From IMG/VR virus record IMGVR_UViG_2886410390_000001, positions 11,210 through 75,209 of that record: a DNA stretch of 64,000 nt. The stretch is one strand, 5' to 3'. The position numbers were made by a program, and so were the translations under genes. Below, piece by piece: positions 9,291 to 19,168 of this stretch; positions within the stretch are counted from its first letter, which is position 1; every line of letters starts with the position of its first letter. Under the pieces are notes generated by a model. The model did not search any database and had not been told where the DNA came from. It saw only the letters and a program-made list of their open reading frames with translations. The DNA is from a virus. Taxonomy: Duplodnaviria > Caudoviricetes.

Positions 9291-10208
9291 ATGCCTTCCA
9301 ATCCGCTCATCGAAGCGGCCAAGCTGAGCCAGGACGACCTGGTCTCCGGCATCATCGCCAATATCGTCACCGTCGACAGGTTCTACGGCCTCCTCCCCTT
9401 TGAGCCGGTGGAGGGGCCTGCTGCCGTCTACAATCGCGAGAATGTCCTCGGCGACGTGCAGATGCTCGGCGTCGGCGGCACCATCACCGCGAAGGCGCCC
9501 ACCACCTTCACCCAGGTGACGAGCGCGCTGAAGCGCATCGTCGGCGACGCCGAGGTGGACAACTTCGTCGAGGCGACGCACTCGGACACGACGGACCAGC
9601 TCGCCGTCCAGGTGGCCGGCAAGGCCAAGGCGGTGGGCCGCAAGTACGCCAACCTCCTCCTCAACGGGACGGGCGCCAATGAGGAGTTCGAGGGACTGCT
9701 GACGCTGGCCAGTGCCGGCCAGACGCTCATCGCCGGGGCCAACGGGGCGACGCTCTCCTTCGAGCTGCTGGACGAGTTGCTCGACAGGGTGACGGCGAAG
9801 GACGGGAAGGTGGACTTCCTGATGATGCACGGGCGCACCATCCGCTCGCTGAAGGCGCTCCTGCGGGCGCAGGGTGGCGCCGGCATCGTCGAGACGCTGG
9901 AGCTGCCGAGCGGCGAGGAGGTGCTGGAGTACGAGGGCGTGCCCGTCTTCCGCAACGACTGGATGCCGACGAACCAGACGCAGGGCACGTCCACCAACTG
10001 CACCAGCATCATCGCCGGGTGCCTGGACGACGGGAGCCAGCGGGTGGGCATTGCCGGGCTGCACGCGAAGAAGGCGATGGGGATTCAGGTGAAGGACATC
10101 GGCGAGTCGGAGACGAAGGACGAGTCGATTACGCGCGTGAAGTTCTACTGCGGCCTCGCGGTGTACAGCGACCTCGCCCTCGCGGTGGCCCAGGGCGTGA
10201 AGAACTAG
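9291..10208 (+). CDS. Major capsid protein (HK97 fold)
   Basis: EAAKLSQDDLVSGII...LPFEPVEG.A..YNRE N-terminus typical of a phage MCP family; GAGGAGG RBS; synteny. Confidence 0.9.
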   Translation: MPSNPLIEAAKLSQDDLVSGIIANIVTVDRFYGLLPFEPVEGPAAVYNRENVLGDVQMLGVGGTITAKAPTTFTQVTSALKRIVGDAEVDNFVEATHSDTTDQLAVQVAGKAKAVGRKYANLLLNGTGANEEFEGLLTLASAGQTLIAGANGATLSFELLDELLDRVTAKDGKVDFLMMHGRTIRSLKALLRAQGGAGIVETLELPSGEEVLEYEGVPVFRNDWMPTNQTQGTSTNCTSIIAGCLDDGSQRVGIAGLHAKKAMGIQVKDIGESETKDESITRVKFYCGLAVYSDLALAVAQGVKN

Positions 10209-10328
10209 CCCGGCCGCAACCACGCCGGGGCGGCAGCCAGGTGCGGGACGAGTCCGCCCTGGCGAGTCCCCCGCGCAGTCCAACCACGCGCCCAGCGGGT
10301 GCTGGGCGCCTTCCATGTGGAGCATGAC

Positions 10329-10844
10329 GTGACTTCAACGACTGGAAACCGACGCGCCGTGGACGTGGTGCTGGTGGGCCCCCGAGAGGGGCAGACGTGC
10401 ACTCTCGCGGGCTTCGACTTCAAGGACGGAGTGGCACAGGTGCCGACGAATGCGGCCTCAGCCATTCACGTCCTCGGTAAGTACCACTCGGCGTACCCGC
10501 GGGACTCGCGGGAGTACGAGGAGGCCCAGGCACGCTGGGCGCGCACCCGGGCCGTGGGCGCCTCCGGGATGACGGGTGCCGCCCCCTCTGCGCCGGCCAC
10601 CAGCGCGGACGGGGCGAAGGCCCAGGCCGTGGAGGAAGAGCGAGCGGCCGCCGAGGCGGAGATGGCACGCCTCCGGGCCGAGCTGCGCGCTGCCCGGGAG
10701 GCGCAGCGCACGGCGGAGGCGAAGCTCGCCGAGTCCGCCAAGGCGCAGGAGGGGAAGCCGGCCGGGACGCCGCCCGCGCCCCAGGAGGAGGCGCCGAAGG
10801 GGGAGAAGGGCGGTAGGGCCAAGGCCAAGGCGCACGGCGAGTAG
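10329..10844 (+). CDS. Hypothetical virion-associated protein
   Basis: Between MCP and head-tail adaptor; short beta domain plus Ala/Glu-rich helix; start uncertain. Confidence 0.55.
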   Translation: MTSTTGNRRAVDVVLVGPREGQTCTLAGFDFKDGVAQVPTNAASAIHVLGKYHSAYPRDSREYEEAQARWARTRAVGASGMTGAAPSAPATSADGAKAQAVEEERAAAEAEMARLRAELRAAREAQRTAEAKLAESAKAQEGKPAGTPPAPQEEAPKGEKGGRAKAKAHGE

Positions 10845-10872
10845 CACGCGCACTCCACCGGAGGACACCCTC

Positions 10873-11364
10873 ATGCCTCTCGACGCAACCCCGGGCGGCC
10901 CGGCCGCGGACTCGTACTGCACCGTGGCGGAGGCCGACGCCTACCACTCGTCGCGCGGGCACAACACCGCGTGGCGCACCACCGACGTCGCCGCGAAGGA
11001 GCAGCACCTGAAGTGGGCGACGCGTCTCCTCGACGCCCACTTCACCTACGTGGGGGCCCGGGCGAGCGCGGAGCAGGCGCTGGCCTGGCCCCGGCGTGGC
11101 GTGGTGCTGGACGGCTGCCCCGTCTCCTCCGCCAGCGTGCCCCTGCAGCTGAAGGGCGCGGCGGCCGAGTTCGCCTTCCGCCTCCTCCAGGAGGACTGGA
11201 CGGCGGGCCTCGGCCCCGTGGTGGACGAGGGCGTCCAGGTGGGGCCGCTGCGGACGTCTCCGGAGAGGCACGTGCCCATTCCGGCCCAGGTGGCGACGCT
11301 GGTGCGCCGGCTGGTGCAGGGCGGCACGGCCGGCCTCGGCAGCGTAGAGGTACAGCGCGGATGA
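10873..11364 (+). CDS. Head-tail adaptor (DnaT_2-like family)
   Basis: ADSYCTVAEADAYHSSRG...QALAWPR...VPLQLKGAAAE motifs. Confidence 0.8.
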   Translation: MPLDATPGGPAADSYCTVAEADAYHSSRGHNTAWRTTDVAAKEQHLKWATRLLDAHFTYVGARASAEQALAWPRRGVVLDGCPVSSASVPLQLKGAAAEFAFRLLQEDWTAGLGPVVDEGVQVGPLRTSPERHVPIPAQVATLVRRLVQGGTAGLGSVEVQRG

Positions 11365-11741
11365 GCGCCCAGGCGGACAGACTGGCCCGCAAGGCCCTCG
11401 AGCTGCTGAAGCGCTACGGCGAGGAGGCCTCCCTCACGCGCCACGTGGTGGGCACCTACAACCCCGCCGAGTCCGCGCCCTCGGCGAGCACCACCTCGCA
11501 CTCGGTGCAGGTGCTGGTGCAGGCCGACAGCGGGCAGGACGGGGACGCCCTGGCCAAGGGCGCGGCGGTGCAGGTGGGCCTGCGCAAGCTGCTGGTGGCC
11601 GCCAGCGGGCTGGCGGTGGTGCCGGCCCCGGGCGACGAGGTGGGGCCGCTGGAGGGGCGCACCTGGCGGGTGCTGAGGACGGAGCCGCCGGTGCAACTGC
11701 AGGGCACGCCCGTCCTCTACGTGCTTCGGGTGGCCTCATGA
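11361..11741 (+). CDS. Head closure / head-tail joining protein
   Basis: LLKRYG...GTYNP...P.PGDEV...WRV; synteny. Confidence 0.7.
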   Translation: MSAQADRLARKALELLKRYGEEASLTRHVVGTYNPAESAPSASTTSHSVQVLVQADSGQDGDALAKGAAVQVGLRKLLVAASGLAVVPAPGDEVGPLEGRTWRVLRTEPPVQLQGTPVLYVLRVAS

Positions 11742-12187
11742 CTCTCAAGCAGACGGACTCCCGCGTGCGGCGCGGGGCCAGCTTCAGCCGGCAGGTGGAG
11801 TCCTTCGTCACGGCGGCGGCGGGGAAGGCGGGCCAGGTGGTGCGCAAGGCCGCCCTCGGCGTGCTGGCCAACGTCGTCACCGCGTCCCCGGTGGACACCG
11901 GCCGCTTCCGGGGCAACTGGCAGGTGGGCGTGGGCGGCCGTCCCTCCGGCGAGGTGGAGGGCGCGGACAAGGACGGCGCTGCCACGCTGGCCGCGGCGAA
12001 AAGCGTGCTGGACGGCGCCGAGGTGGGCGACACCGTGTACCTCACCAACAACCTGCCCTACGCCCGGCGGCTGGAATTCGGCCACAGCCAGCAGGCCCCG
12101 CGCGGCATGGTGCGCACCACCCTCGCCAACCTGCGCGAAATCCTCGAGGAGGCGGTGAAGGACGCGAAGGGAGGGGAGGGCACGTGA
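11738..12187 (+). CDS. HK97 gp10-like tail completion protein
   Basis: SPVDTGRFRGNW...NNLPYARRLEFGHSQQAPRGMVR. Confidence 0.85.
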   Translation: MTLKQTDSRVRRGASFSRQVESFVTAAAGKAGQVVRKAALGVLANVVTASPVDTGRFRGNWQVGVGGRPSGEVEGADKDGAATLAAAKSVLDGAEVGDTVYLTNNLPYARRLEFGHSQQAPRGMVRTTLANLREILEEAVKDAKGGEGT

Positions 12188-12606
12188 GCACCGTCCTCCT
12201 CGACATTCAGCAGGCGCTGGAGCTGCACGCCCAGGCGGTGCTGGCGCCCGTGGTGGGACAGGCGGTGGCTTACCCCAACGTCCCCTTCACCCCGGCCGAG
12301 GGCACGCCCTGGGCGAAGGTGGACCACCTGCCCGCGCGCACCGCGCCGGCCGGCGCCGGGGTGGACTCGCAGACGCGCCGCCCCGGCGTCTTCCAGGTGT
12401 CCCTCTACTTCCCCTACGGGCAGGGGACGAAGGCGTGCACGGACGCGGCCCAGGCCGTGTGCGACGGCTTCAAGCGCGGCACCTCGCTGACTCGCGGCGC
12501 CACCACCGTCCGCGTGCAGTCCGTCTCCCCGGGGCCCGGCGGGCGCGAGGACACGTGGTGGGCCGTGCCCGTCTCGGTGTGGTGGTTGGTGCACTCACAG
12601 GATTGA
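12184..12606 (+). CDS. Tail terminator protein (DUF4128-like)
   Basis: VAYPNVPFTP...GVFQVSLYFPYGQG; synteny. Confidence 0.8.
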   Translation: MSTVLLDIQQALELHAQAVLAPVVGQAVAYPNVPFTPAEGTPWAKVDHLPARTAPAGAGVDSQTRRPGVFQVSLYFPYGQGTKACTDAAQAVCDGFKRGTSLTRGATTVRVQSVSPGPGGREDTWWAVPVSVWWLVHSQD

Positions 12607-12637
12607 GCCGCCCGCGTGGCGGACGGAAGGAGAAGTC

Positions 12638-13786
12638 ATGGCTTCAGCTTCAGGGCAGCGCACGGCGGTGCGGTACGTGGCCGAGTCCGCCTTCGGCGTG
12701 GCGGCGGGTACCACCTTCAAGGCGCTCCGCTTCACGGACGTGGGCCTCAACCTCGCGAAGGCGACGTACCAGTCCAACGAGATTCGCGCGGACAGGCACC
12801 GCGTCGACTTGCGCCACGGCATGCGCAGCGTGGGAGGAGACTTGGGCTTCGAGCTCTCCGTCGCCACCTTCGACGACTTCCTGGAGGCCGCGCTGGGCGG
12901 CACCTGGCAGTCCGTCACCTCCGGCGCGCTGTCGCTGGAGGCCGACGCGGACGGGGACACCTACCTTCGGACGGCGGGCAGCTTCCTCACGGACGGCTTC
13001 CTGCCGGGCGACGAGGTGGCGGCGAGCGGCTTCACGCAGGCGGGCAACAACGGCCGGGCCCGGGTGGTGGCCGTCACCGCCCTGGCCCTCACCGTGGATA
13101 AGGCCCTCACCGACGAGGCCGCCGGTGCCGGCCGCACGGTGGCCCTGGTGGGCAAGCGGCTGAAGTCCGGCACCGTCCTGCGCACCTTCGCCGTGGAGCG
13201 CGCTTTCACGGACGTCAACCAGTACCTCCTCTACCGCGGGTGCGCGGTGGACGACTTCAAGCTGTCGGTAAAGCCGGAGGAAATCGTCACCGGCACCTTC
13301 ACCTTCCTCGGCAAGGACATGGTGCAGGCGGGCGCCTCGCACGCGGCCAGCGTCACCCCGCCCGGCACGCACAGCCCCTTCGACGCCTTCACCGGCAGCC
13401 TCATGGAGGGCGGGGCCGTGGTGGCCAACGTCACCAGCCTGGAGCTGGACGTCTCCAACGGCCGCAGCGTGAAGGGCGTCATCGGCCACAACAGCCCCCA
13501 GGAGATTCACGAGGGCGGCTTCGAGGTGTCCGGCAGCCTCTCCGCGTACTTCAGCGACGCGACGCTCCTCAACCGCTTCCTCGACGAGGAGGAGTCCAGC
13601 CTCGAGCTGCTCCTCCTGGACTCGAATGGCACCGACTTCCACCGGCTGCGCGTGCCCCGCCTGAAGTACACGGGCGGCGACTTGGACAACCCGAAGGAGG
13701 GCCCCGTCGTCCAGACGCTGCCCTTCACCGCGCTCCTCGACGCGGCCTCGGGCGCCGCCCTCGTGTACCAGCGCAGCAACCCGTAA
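12638..13786 (+). CDS. Major tail tube protein with inserted accessory domain
   Basis: YQSNEIRADR...GGDLGFELS...FDDFLEAAL; size and position. Confidence 0.85.
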   Translation: MASASGQRTAVRYVAESAFGVAAGTTFKALRFTDVGLNLAKATYQSNEIRADRHRVDLRHGMRSVGGDLGFELSVATFDDFLEAALGGTWQSVTSGALSLEADADGDTYLRTAGSFLTDGFLPGDEVAASGFTQAGNNGRARVVAVTALALTVDKALTDEAAGAGRTVALVGKRLKSGTVLRTFAVERAFTDVNQYLLYRGCAVDDFKLSVKPEEIVTGTFTFLGKDMVQAGASHAASVTPPGTHSPFDAFTGSLMEGGAVVANVTSLELDVSNGRSVKGVIGHNSPQEIHEGGFEVSGSLSAYFSDATLLNRFLDEEESSLELLLLDSNGTDFHRLRVPRLKYTGGDLDNPKEGPVVQTLPFTALLDAASGAALVYQRSNP

Positions 13787-13837
13787 CCCCTCCCGCGCGG
13801 GCAGCCGCGCACCCCTCGCAGCCCCTGAAGGAGCACC

Positions 13838-14278
13838 ATGGACACCCCCGGTTTCGACTTGAGCAGCCTCCAGCAGCGCGACACCGTCACCCTCGACATC
13901 CTCCACCCGCTGACGGGCGAGGCCACCGGCACGCGCGTCGAGGTGGCGAGCACCGACTCCACCACCTACCGTGTGGCGGAGCGCGAGCAGCGCAACCGCC
14001 GCCTCCAGCAGCTGCAGCTCGGCAACCGACGCGTGGCCCTCACCGCCGAGGAGTCGGAGTCGGACGCGCTGGAGATGCTGGTGCGCTGCACGGTGTCCTG
14101 GAGCGGCGTGCGCGAGGGCGGGGTGGCGGTGCCCTTCACGCCGGAGAATGTCCGCCGGGTGTACACGGCCTACCCGTGGCTGCGCCGCCAGGTGGACGAG
14201 GCCATGGCGGACCGCGCCCGTTTTTTCGAGAGCTCGCCGACGAGCTCCTCGGCTTCGCACGCCACCACTTCCGCCTGA
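13838..14278 (+). CDS. Tail assembly chaperone (gpG-like)
   Basis: LHPLTGEATG...PFTPENV..VY...PWLRRQVDE; slippery site near C-terminus. Confidence 0.85.
   Translation: MDTPGFDLSSLQQRDTVTLDILHPLTGEATGTRVEVASTDSTTYRVAEREQRNRRLQQLQLGNRRVALTAEESESDALEMLVRCTVSWSGVREGGVAVPFTPENVRRVYTAYPWLRRQVDEAMADRARFFESSPTSSSASHATTSA
14221..14227 (+). promoter_or_regulatory. -1 ribosomal frameshift slippery heptamer T TTT TTC
   Basis: In-frame CGT TTT TTC; -1 frame is open to 14580 and encodes a gpT-like peptide. Confidence 0.8.
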
Positions 14279-14580
14279 GCCGGGAGGACGCGTCTGGCGT
14301 CTCGCTACGCGCGCACCTGCAGCAGCTCGCGAAGTCGACGGGGCAGGTGCCGCCCGCGCTGGTGGGTGAGCACTCCCTGCCGGAGCCGCTGGCCCACGTC
14401 TGGGCGTGGTTCTGCGAGCTGAGCAACGCCCGGACTCCGGGTGCCTTCGCGGTGGCCTCCATCTCCTACCAGGACATGGAGGCGTGGGCCCGGCTCACCG
14501 GCCACCGGCCCACCGCGGCGGAGGTGGCGTTGCTGCGGGAGTTGGACGCCGCATTCATTGCGTCCCTGCGAAAAGAGTGA
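14221..14580 (+). CDS. gpT-like portion of frameshifted G-T tail chaperone
   Basis: HVWAWFCELSNARTPG...ISYQDMEAWARLTG...EVALLRELD, typical phage tail chaperone C-terminal domain. Confidence 0.8.
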   Translation, partial: FFRELADELLGFARHHFRLSREDASGVSLRAHLQQLAKSTGQVPPALVGEHSLPEPLAHVWAWFCELSNARTPGAFAVASISYQDMEAWARLTGHRPTAAEVALLRELDAAFIASLRKE

Positions 14581-14598
14581 CGGGTGGAGGTGGCGACG

Positions 14599-15009
14599 TC
14601 AGGGGGCGGCGGGGACGAGAGCATCCAGCTCAGCTTCGCTGCACTGCTCGCGGCGTCGAAACTCCGTCACCGGCTTGACGACTTCTTCCCCCGTGTCGAT
14701 GTCGCGCACGGCGATATGCGTGTAGCCATCGTCGATGCGCGTCTGGATCGCGCAGTCGAAGAGGGAGAACTGCATCTTCAGCTCCGCCGCGTGTGCCGCA
14801 ACATCACCGTGCGGGAGGCGCACGACCCGGACGAAGGTGGTGTTGTACCGGCCGGCCGTCTCCATGCGGAAGTCGGGGCCTGCGGACGTCTTGTTGTTCT
14901 CGCGGACCTCCTCCACCCGCATCTTCTCCTTCGCCTTCTCCTCGTCGGAACGCAGGTCACACCCAGCCACGGCGACGAGCAGGAGCGAGGACACACATAG
15001 CGCACGCAT
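14599..15009 (-). CDS. Accessory lipoprotein (moron), antisense to tail operon
   Basis: MRALCVSSLLLVAVAG|C lipobox. Confidence 0.7.
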   Translation of the reverse strand: MRALCVSSLLLVAVAGCDLRSDEEKAKEKMRVEEVRENNKTSAGPDFRMETAGRYNTTFVRVVRLPHGDVAAHAAELKMQFSLFDCAIQTRIDDGYTHIAVRDIDTGEEVVKPVTEFRRREQCSEAELDALVPAAP

Positions 15010-15115
15010 GGGGCGAAGCCACCACATGCCCGGCGCCTCGTGCCACTACTCATGCTTTCAGTGCTTGGCCGGCTGTCTGCTTTCGCCGCGCCGCATCTCG
15101 TGAAGGGACTCGTCC

Positions 15116-18100
15116 ATGTCCGAAGGCGTTGACCTCGCCACGCTGTCCATCCGCATCGACTCGTCTGACGCGAAGGCGGGCGTGGAGTCCCTCACGAAGC
15201 TCAGCGGCGCCGCGGAGAAGACGGAGACGGCGACGAAGAAGGTGGAGACGGCCACCGAGCAATACCTGAAGGGGCTGGAGCGGATGGTGCGGGAGGTCGA
15301 GGAGACCAACCGAGCCCTGGAGCGTATGCGCACCGTCAGCAAGGACCTGGAGCTGGTGACGGCTGCGGCTGGAGGGCTTCAGGCCGCGCTCGGCGACACG
15401 GCGGGGCTCCAGCGCTTCAACACGCAGCTCGGCGCCAGCGACGTCGCCATGGAGCGCTTCCAGAAGTCCCTCATGGACACGGCTGCCGTGGGCCGCTTCA
15501 TGGGGGATTTGGAGCGGGCGTCCCTGAAGCTGAGGGACATGCACGCGGCGCAGGAGAAGGCGGCCGCCGCCGTCCGGGACGTCCAGCAAGTCACCGAGGC
15601 CGCCGAGCCGCCCGTCACGCGCCTCGCGCGCGGCCTCGGCGGGCTGGTGAGCCAATTCGTGGGCGTGGCCGCTGCCGGCGCGGCCCTTCGCAGTGCCACC
15701 ACCGAGGCCCTCGGCTTCGGGACGGCCATGGCGCAGGTGAGCACGCTGCTGGACGGGGAGCAGCTGAAGATGATGGGCACCCTGGCCGAGCGCGCGAAGG
15801 CCCTGGGCGCCGAGTTCGGCCGCATGCCCACGGACCAAGCGAAGGCCCTCTACGACATCATGAGCGCCGGCGCGTCGGACGCCGCGCAGGCCACCGAGAT
15901 GCTCCGCGTCGCCAACCAGCTCGCCATCGGTGGCGTCACCGACGTGGGCACCGCGGCGGACGGCCTGACGAGCATCATGGCCACGTACGGCAGCAGCCTC
16001 CGAAGTGCCACCGAGGCGGCGGATGCCATGTTCGTCTCGGCGGCGGACGGGAAGACGTCCATCGAGGCCATCGCCCGCCACATCGGAAAGGTGGCTCCCA
16101 TCGCGTCCCAGACGGGCGTCTCGCTGCAGGAGTTGTTGGCGGCCAACGCGGCGCTGACGAAGTCCGGCATCAAGACGGAGACGGCCATGGAGGGCGTGCG
16201 CAGCATCCTCGCACAGGTGGCCAAACCCTCGGAGGACGCGGCGAAGCTGGCACGTGCCCTCGGCGTCGACTTCACCACGGCCGGGCTGCGTGCCCGTGGC
16301 TTCGCTGGCTTCATGGAGCACGTCCGGGAGCGGACGCATGGCAACACGGAGCAGCTCGCCGTCCTCGTGGGAGGCGTCGAGGCGCTGCTCCCCGCCATGG
16401 CCCTCACCGGCACCGCTGCGGCGGACTTCGCCGCGTCGCTGGAGCACATGAAGGACTCCGCGGGCCGCACCGAAGTGGCCTTCAACAAGATGGCCGAGAC
16501 GCCGCAGTTCAAGTTGGACCAGCTCCGCGCGCGCTTTGCCTCTCTCCAGGTGGACGTGGGGGACGGCTTGCTGTCCGCCATGGGCCCCTCCATGGACGGC
16601 CTCCTGCGCCACTTCAACGAGGTGACGACGGCCGCGCGCTACCTCGGCGAGGGGCTCGCGGTGCTGGCCACCGTGCGCGCGGCGGGGTGGGCCCAGGACT
16701 GGACGAAGGCCCTGGCAGACAAGGCGGGTGCCGCGCGCCAAGCGCGCGACGCCATGACGAATGCTGCGCTCGCGGATGCGGCGTACTCCCGCCGGGTGAC
16801 GGAGAGCCGGGCGGCGGCACTGCGCAATGCGCTGGCCATGCTCCAGCAGCGCCAGGCCGCCCTCGAAACGGCAGCCGCGCTGGAGGGCCCCTTCACGGTG
16901 GCGCACACGCGCGCGGCCATCGCCTCCAACGCGCTGGCGCAGGCGAAGGTGAAGGAGGCGCTGGCCATCGAGGGGGCGTCCTTCGCGGCGCGGGCGGGCT
17001 CCGCCGCGCTCAGCGCGCTGGGAGGCCCCATCGGCATCATCACCACGGCCCTGGGGCTGGCGGCGTCGGCCTACTTCGAGTTCGGCCGGGCGGCGGAAGA
17101 GGCCAGCGAGAAGGCGAAGCAGGCCATCCGAGAGAGCGGGGCCGCTGCAGACCGGGCCAGCCAAATCATCACTGACCTCCAGGCCCGGCTGAAGGTGGAG
17201 AAGGACCTGACGAAGCAGCAGGAGGCCTACAACCTCGCCCGGCTGGAGTTCATCAACCTGGGCCCGAAGTACGAGAAGGCCCTCAGCGCTGGGACGGGCA
17301 CCATGGAGGGCCTGCGCGCCGACTTCGAGCGCATGGTGAAGGCCGACCTCGTGGACGCGCGCTTGGAGCAGGAGCGCCTCAAGAAGTACTGGGCCAACAT
17401 GGAGAAGGCGATTTCCGTTGATGCCAAGGGTGACACGCTCCACCAAACCCGGGAGGAAATTGTTGGCACCAAGAAGTACAAGATGCGCTCCGAGAAGGAC
17501 CTGAAGCCTATCGAGGAGGAACTCCGGGCTCAGCGCGAGCGGGAGGTGCAGCTTCTCAAGGCGCAGCAGCGACTCGACGACGCGGCGAAGGCGTCCAACA
17601 CGCTGACGGCGGAGGAGGAGAAGCGCGCGGCCGCCACGACGAAGGTGAATGCCGCCACGTCGCAGTCCGCCCAGTCCCTCCTGGACGACGTGAAGGCGAA
17701 GGAGGCGGCGGAGAAGAAGGCCACGGCGTGGCTGGCTCGGCTGGAGGAAGAGGCGCGCGCGCTCGGGAAGACGAAGGGCGAGGCGTTGGAGTTGAGCGAC
17801 GAGTACGCGGCCCTCACCGCCGAGCAGAAGCGGCAGGCGGACGTGGCCATCGCCAAAATCAAGGCAGCGGAGGAAGCCAAGGCCGCGGAGAAGGCGGCAG
17901 CCAAGGCCGAAGAGGAGCGCACGCGCATCCTCCAGGAGTTGAACCGCGAGCTGGGCAACCCCGGGGCGGAGAAGTACGCGCAGGCCCAGCGCATCCTCCG
18001 TGAGGAGCTGGACCAGGGGCGCGTGTCCCTCTCGGCCTACCAGGCGCAGATGGCCAAGGCGCGCAGCCTCTGGACGGAGGAGGGGAAGGCGGAGGCCCAG

Positions 18101-18835
18101 CTGGCGAAGGAACTGGAGCAGCTCGAGCGCCAGCTCAACCCGCTCCTCGAAGCCCAGAAGCGCATGGACATGGTCAACCGCCTTTTCAACGAGGGCAGGC
18201 TGGGGGCCGTGGCCTACCGGAAGGAGGTGGAGCGCCTCCAGGAGCAGCTCTCCACCGGCTTCGCGCTGGCGAAGGACTCCATGGTGGCGGCCACCCAGCA
18301 CATGGAGGACGCCTTCGTCACCTTCGCCACCACCGGCAAGCTGGAGTTCGGCACCATGGTGGACGGCATCCTGAAGGACATCGCCCGGCTCATGGCCCAG
18401 CGCGCCTTCGTCGCGCTCCTGGACTCGGCGACGTCAGCGCTGGCGGGTGCGTGGGGTAGTGGAGGCGGTGCGGTGGTGGGCGGCGCGGACCTGTCCGGCA
18501 TGTTCGGCGCCATGGTGGGCGGTGCGCGTGCAGCCGGCGGGCCGGTGCGGGCCGGCCATGCCCACGTGGTGGGCGAGCTGGGGCCGGAGCTGTTCGTCCC
18601 CAGCAGCTCCGGCACCATCGTCCCCAACAAGGCGCTGGGCGGTGGCGACGTCCACATGTCCGTGCAGGTGGTAGTCAACGCGGACGGCTCCTCGTCCGTC
18701 GACGTCCAGTCGCAGGGCGGCCGCGAGGACGCACAGCGCATGGGCCGGCACCTGGCGGACACCATCCGCAAGGTGGTGGGCGAGGAGCTGCAGCCCGGCG
18801 GCAGCATCTACAACTTTACGTGGAGGCGGCGATAG
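15116..18835 (+). CDS. Tail tape measure protein (TP901-type core)
   Basis: 1239 aa Ala-rich helical; ALYDIMSAG...SKELGKVAP-like core; C-terminal ARAAGGPV...VVGELGPELFVP. Confidence 0.95.
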   Translation: MSEGVDLATLSIRIDSSDAKAGVESLTKLSGAAEKTETATKKVETATEQYLKGLERMVREVEETNRALERMRTVSKDLELVTAAAGGLQAALGDTAGLQRFNTQLGASDVAMERFQKSLMDTAAVGRFMGDLERASLKLRDMHAAQEKAAAAVRDVQQVTEAAEPPVTRLARGLGGLVSQFVGVAAAGAALRSATTEALGFGTAMAQVSTLLDGEQLKMMGTLAERAKALGAEFGRMPTDQAKALYDIMSAGASDAAQATEMLRVANQLAIGGVTDVGTAADGLTSIMATYGSSLRSATEAADAMFVSAADGKTSIEAIARHIGKVAPIASQTGVSLQELLAANAALTKSGIKTETAMEGVRSILAQVAKPSEDAAKLARALGVDFTTAGLRARGFAGFMEHVRERTHGNTEQLAVLVGGVEALLPAMALTGTAAADFAASLEHMKDSAGRTEVAFNKMAETPQFKLDQLRARFASLQVDVGDGLLSAMGPSMDGLLRHFNEVTTAARYLGEGLAVLATVRAAGWAQDWTKALADKAGAARQARDAMTNAALADAAYSRRVTESRAAALRNALAMLQQRQAALETAAALEGPFTVAHTRAAIASNALAQAKVKEALAIEGASFAARAGSAALSALGGPIGIITTALGLAASAYFEFGRAAEEASEKAKQAIRESGAAADRASQIITDLQARLKVEKDLTKQQEAYNLARLEFINLGPKYEKALSAGTGTMEGLRADFERMVKADLVDARLEQERLKKYWANMEKAISVDAKGDTLHQTREEIVGTKKYKMRSEKDLKPIEEELRAQREREVQLLKAQQRLDDAAKASNTLTAEEEKRAAATTKVNAATSQSAQSLLDDVKAKEAAEKKATAWLARLEEEARALGKTKGEALELSDEYAALTAEQKRQADVAIAKIKAAEEAKAAEKAAAKAEEERTRILQELNRELGNPGAEKYAQAQRILREELDQGRVSLSAYQAQMAKARSLWTEEGKAEAQLAKELEQLERQLNPLLEAQKRMDMVNRLFNEGRLGAVAYRKEVERLQEQLSTGFALAKDSMVAATQHMEDAFVTFATTGKLEFGTMVDGILKDIARLMAQRAFVALLDSATSALAGAWGSGGGAVVGGADLSGMFGAMVGGARAAGGPVRAGHAHVVGELGPELFVPSSSGTIVPNKALGGGDVHMSVQVVVNADGSSSVDVQSQGGREDAQRMGRHLADTIRKVVGEELQPGGSIYNFTWRRR

Positions 18836-19168
18836 GGGCTGGCAGCGTGTTGTCACGTCCAAGTCCTGACGACAGAACCGGGCCAAGGCCAACGAGGCGC
18901 GCTTGCGCGGTGAGGGCCTCAGGCGCTTCCTGCGGCGCGCTGCGCGCGCCATCATCGAGAATTCGGGAACCGCCACGCTCTCGAAGAGACAGGACTGACG
19001 TCTGCTTCATCCGTGCGGCTGGAGCGGGCCAACCCAAGGCCGGGACGGAGCAGGACGCCCTTTACGATGATCTGATGGGCGTGTAGCGGCTCCGCCGGTT
19101 GACCCATGCCTGCTCACGGGGCGAGCATTCCAGGGGAAGACGCGTGTACCCGCCCCTGGAGGATGCCA

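Noticed and set aside
9291-10208. Encapsulin nanocompartment shell
   Set aside because: It sits within a complete terminase-portal-scaffold-tail operon, so it is a phage major capsid protein.
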